DNA from: Phoronis australis
Lineage: Eukaryota > Animalia > Phoronida
DNA: 64,000 nucleotides
Direction of reading: 5' to 3'
NCBI GenBank assembly: GCA_002633005.1
Contig: NMRA01000275.1
Location: 267,652-331,651 of the forward strand
Made by a program: the position numbers and the translations under genes
Part shown: piece after piece, positions 60,061-64,000 of the stretch
How positions within the stretch are numbered: the stretch's first letter is position 1
How the letters are laid out: each line of letters begins with the position of its first letter
The notes under the pieces: model-generated
Told to the model about the DNA's origin: nothing
What the model saw: only the letters and a program-made list of their open reading frames with translations
The model's database searches: none

Positions 60061-60521
60061 TTTTTTCCTCCCAAAATTAAAGAGTTTTACCTCACAGAAA
60101 TTTTCATCGGCTGCCATGTTGATCTGCTGACTTCATCAGTGACCACTATGTGGCAGTGCTGTAAACAGACTACTGTACACAGGACTGATTTAGATTCCCT
60201 ATCGTCTCAATTCATGTTGTTAATCTTGATGGCTTCTTTAATCTTATGTTTCCAATCCCTTGACTCTTTGTCCAAAAGTGAAACATTTTTAATAAATCAG
60301 CAGTTACGGACCATGAGGTTAAAGAAAATCAGAAAAACGTTTCACTGTTGAGCAGTTGGTGGATTGGAAACGTAAGATTAAAGAAGACATCTGTGAACAG
60401 AGATGAGAGGGGAAATCAAGATCAGCCCTGAGTACCAGTTTGTTTACAGCACTGCCACCTAGTGGTCGGCTGATTTAGTTGGCAGATCTGCGAGGTAAAA
60501 CTTTAATTTTGGGAAGAAAAA
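60061..60521. mobile_element. Foldback MITE between the SPTLC1 and BRIX1 3' ends
   Basis: Arms CCCAAAATTAAAG..TTTTACCTC...CTTCTTTAATCTTATGTTTCCAATCCC and GGGATTGGAAACGTAAGATTAAAGAAG...GAGGTAAAACTTTAATTTTGGG. Confidence 0.7.
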
Positions 60522-60903
60522 TTTTTGAGTACACTGATTAAAAATATGTACCTTCCTGATGAAGCTGTTTACTGAATTGATTACTGATAATGCATTGGAA
60601 GTAATAAAGGATTGGGTTTAATTCCAGATATATTGTCATTTCTTCATTTGAAGGTATATCAGTTCACTAAATACCGGTGGACATGCCAAAACACGTTTAC
60701 TGTTATACAACGAACAGTGAGAGCTAATATTAAAGCTCATCCTGTGGTTCTGTGGTGTTTGAGTACATCTACGGCCAACTAAGCTGTTGACATTTTAACT
60801 TCAGCTAGTAAAGCCTGAATTTTCCCACAGATGTCCATTTAACACCACCTACGTATACAATTGCATGGCTTTTGTTATGCTACATTAGATTATTGGTATC
60901 AGT

Positions 60904-61110
60904 TCATTTCTTCCCAGGCTTTTTTCTTTTCTTGGGTCTACTATTGCTGCCGATGTTTTCACTGGAGTCCTCTGATTTTACTGTACTAAAAACATCATCT
61001 GTTGGATCTACAGAATACGTCTCGGCAGTATATCGCAGTTCTCTTGATTTTTGTGCAGCAATTCTGTCGAGATATTTCCCAGCCACTTGGCGTTTCTGGT
61101 ATCGGCGATA
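60904..61110 (-). CDS. BRIX1: BRIX1 last exon
   Basis: TTTGTAG acceptor; similar to the recalled human HRRVIRSITAAKY...DPTADVFVT; TGA at 60906-60904. Confidence 0.88.
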   Translation of the reverse strand, partial: YRRYQKRQVAGKYLDRIAAQKSRELRYTAETYSVDPTDDVFSTVKSEDSSENIGSNSRPKKRKKPGKK

Positions 61111-63968
61111 CTACAAAAAATGTCATCAGTTAATGATGTTACTGTCTCATTCTGCAAAAGTTTCTATGTCAGAGACACCAACATCTTAAACAAATGATTG
61201 CTTGAAAACTGGTCCCAACTTAATGAGATTACAAGAGCAACGCAGAGCGTTGAAATGCGCCCATGAATGCATCACAAATGTTGTGCTTTTAGGGTTATTT
61301 ATTTGTATTATAAAATGGCCGATAGATGGTGCAAAAACGTACAATCCTTCCAAAAACGGGATCATGCCATATTTCATAAAATCTGTCAAGGAACTTCAGT
61401 GAAACAAAGGAAAACAGAACAAATTGAAATTTGCACTTGTGGGCACATTCGCCTGACGGTCATCGTCTGTTATCTTCACATAAATTCACTTACTAAATTT
61501 AATAAAGATCCTGCAGTGGGTTTTGGAGATACAGTTATGGGCAAAAAACAAAACAAAACTACCACTAGGAGGCGCCACAGTAGTCAGTCGCCATCATCAA
61601 ACGTCCTTTTCACACTGAAAACATATAGGCCAATTTTCAAAACCATCCCCAGAATGATTTGAAAACAGCAAAATGGCCACCAGGTGGCGCAAAATACTTC
61701 GATTCCATCCAAAAACAGGATGATAGCATCATCTCACCAATCGATGCCTATATTCAAAATTTTATGAAAATCTGTTGAGGACCTTAGAAGATAGAATGGT
61801 AAAGATAAAAAACTAAAATTGCCATTAAGGGGCACACCAAACGTCAGATCTGTCCCAAAGTCGTCGTCGTCCATTGTCAACATCATATAAATACACTCGC
61901 TAAATTAAGCAAAGATGCAGCAAACGGTTAAGGAGATACGGCGATGAATGCAAAAAACAAAACTGCTACTAGGAGGTGCCAAAGTAGTCAAACTCGTTGG
62001 AAAACCGTCGTCAGCCATCCACTTCATAGTAAAAGCATACACGCCAATTTTCACAATTATCCTGAAAGCGGTTTGGTTGATAGACGAGTGGACGCCAAAA
62101 AACATACTTGAAAACAGTAAAAGTGGCCATTAGGTGGAGCAAACTAGGTCAAATCCATCTGAAAACAGAGAGATAGCGTAATCTCATTAACAGATGCCTG
62201 TACGTCAAATTTTATGAAAATACGTTGAGGACCTTTGAACATATAGAGGTAAACATAAAAAAATGAAATTGCCACCAGTAATCAGATCCGTCCGAAAGTC
62301 ATATAAATACACTTACTAAATTTAGTAAAGATCCTTTGAGCGGTTTAGAAGATACAGCCATAGGTGCAAAAAACAAAAAACTGCCACTAGGAGGCGTCAC
62401 AGTAGTCAAAATCATCGGAAAATCATCGTCAGCCGTCCACTTCATAATCAAAACATACTTGCCAATTTTCACAATCATCCTTTGAGGGATTTGCTTAATA
62501 GAGAGGTGGACGCAAAAAAAGATCCGAAAACAGTAAAAATGGCCACTAGGTGGCGCAAGCTACGTTCAATCCATCCAAAAACAGGAAGATAGCGTCATTT
62601 GACTAAGAGATGCCTATATACCAAATTTTATGAAAATCCAATCAGGACTTTTGACGATACAGAGGTAAACGTAAAAAACTAAAATTGCCACTAGGAGACA
62701 CACCCCTAGTCTAATCCGTCCGAAAGTTTGCTCATGCCGTCCCATCCACGGAAGGAACACATGTGAAAAATTTCATGAAGATACGTCAAGGGGTTTTAGA
62801 AATAGAGCAGCGGACGCCGGCCAGCCGGCCGGAGATGACGGCATAATGCGTCCACATATAAATATGTGCCAGTGGGCACATAAAAATGGATTGCAATGTT
62901 GGAGATTCTTCACATCTACATGACAGGAATACAGCCAGAGATTACATGCTGACTGCAAGTGAATTTCATGTGCATAACAAAGGTATAGTCAAACCATATT
63001 ACAACCTGCTTTCTAACCTTCACTCTAATTGTTCCATTCCACAAGCATCCAAAGCAACTGATGATTGTTTACACATTGATTTCGCAACAACAAACATTTT
63101 AGACTCCCTGTAATGTGGTTCAACTGCACTTGAATGATCTTGGGTATTACACTGTGCACAGCTTTCAAGACAACATTTACTCACATGGCGATACAAGTTC
63201 AAGCAAAAATTTGTTTGCAACAGATGCACACTCTTACAAGACTAGATTTTGCCCTAGCCACTATTCAGCTCAGAGATAGACATAAATCAGAAGAATAGGG
63301 GAAAAATACTTGTTGAGTTTGCTAATACTAACCAAATCAAATTCCATTTATGGATATCTAGGAAACCAAAACAGTCTTATCCGGTATATTTCACCTCTTG
63401 TAACCCATCTCTCACAACGACAAATCAAATCGTCTGCCATCTTGTACTGTCAGATTTTGACTTAATGACAAATTCAATAAGCCAAGTAAATGCTTTAGTT
63501 CACGAGTTCACCACTAGGAGGAAAATGCAAATGGCAGAATGAAAAGCAAATAGTAAAACGTTGAATGTTCGAGTGAGCAAGTTCTGTTGAAAGGCTTGAT
63601 TTGCCAGCAGTTGTATTCGCCACATTATTTCTGCAGATAAATATATTCTCATGCGATCAGAATTTATGTACAGGCTAATAGTTGATGTGCAATTCCAGTG
63701 AGGTTTGTATATGACACCAAATTCTACATTTAGTACAAGACTTCTAACCCTGCCTAAGGTTTTGTTCACAGACTTGCCCATGAACATATAACAGCACTTC
63801 AAGTGATTAACCACAGGTCTGGGTCTGCCCATGTGTGAAAAAAAGCTGCTTAAGAATTAGCTCGACAGCTTACCTCATTCGGTGATACATAGTGTGGATT
63901 TTCGAAAAGCGTTTCACCTCGAAAACTGCCTTCAAATATTTTGATGGGGTTTAACACGAATCTAGGAC
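60904..63968 (-). CDS. BRIX1: Ribosome biogenesis protein BRX1 homolog, last two exons; the gene continues beyond the window end
   Basis: Exons 63968-63874 (GPRFVLNPIKIFEGSFRGETLFENPHYVSPNE, the Brix-domain EIGPRF motif region) and 61110-60904 (YRRYQKRQVAGKY...DPTDDVFST...KKPGKK*), in phase. Confidence 0.92.
61231..62886 (-). mobile_element. HINE/DINE-1-like element copy 4, full length
   Basis: ACAAGAG, hairpin CAACGC-AGA-GCGTTG, AATGCGCCCATG; about 11 monomers; short GCCG repeat; ends AATGCGTCCACAT...GGGCACATAAAAA; in the last BRIX1 intron. Confidence 0.8.
63874..63968 (-). CDS. BRIX1: BRIX1 penultimate exon
   Basis: TTTCAG acceptor, GTAAGC donor, GPRFVLNPIKIFEGSFRGETLFENPHYVSPNE. Confidence 0.93.
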
Positions 63969-64000
63969 CTGAAAGATGCCAGAAGTGCTAAGAATTAAAT

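Overview
AT-rich, intron-rich animal genomic DNA, most likely a slow-evolving marine invertebrate (inferred from human-like intron positions; the species cannot be assigned from sequence alone). Five protein-coding genes can be built by hand with GT-AG, phase-consistent exons: the 5' part of a PHACTR gene (-), a complete syntenin/SDCBP gene (+, 300 aa) head-to-head with PHACTR across a short shared promoter, a partial C1orf131-like gene (-), a complete SPTLC1 gene (+, 14 exons, 483 aa) and the last two exons of BRIX1 (-). Introns and intergenic DNA hold a decayed CR1/L2-group LINE, nested foldback MITEs, hAT-, pogo- and Harbinger-like non-autonomous elements, two tandem arrays, and four Helentron-type (HINE/DINE-1-like) elements. 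The most striking observation is that the internal 140-160 bp repeat of these HINE-like elements carries one co-oriented CTCF-consensus-like motif per monomer, in a trimeric higher-order array. No rRNA, tRNA or CRISPR array is supported. Homology calls come from recalled protein sequences, not database searches.
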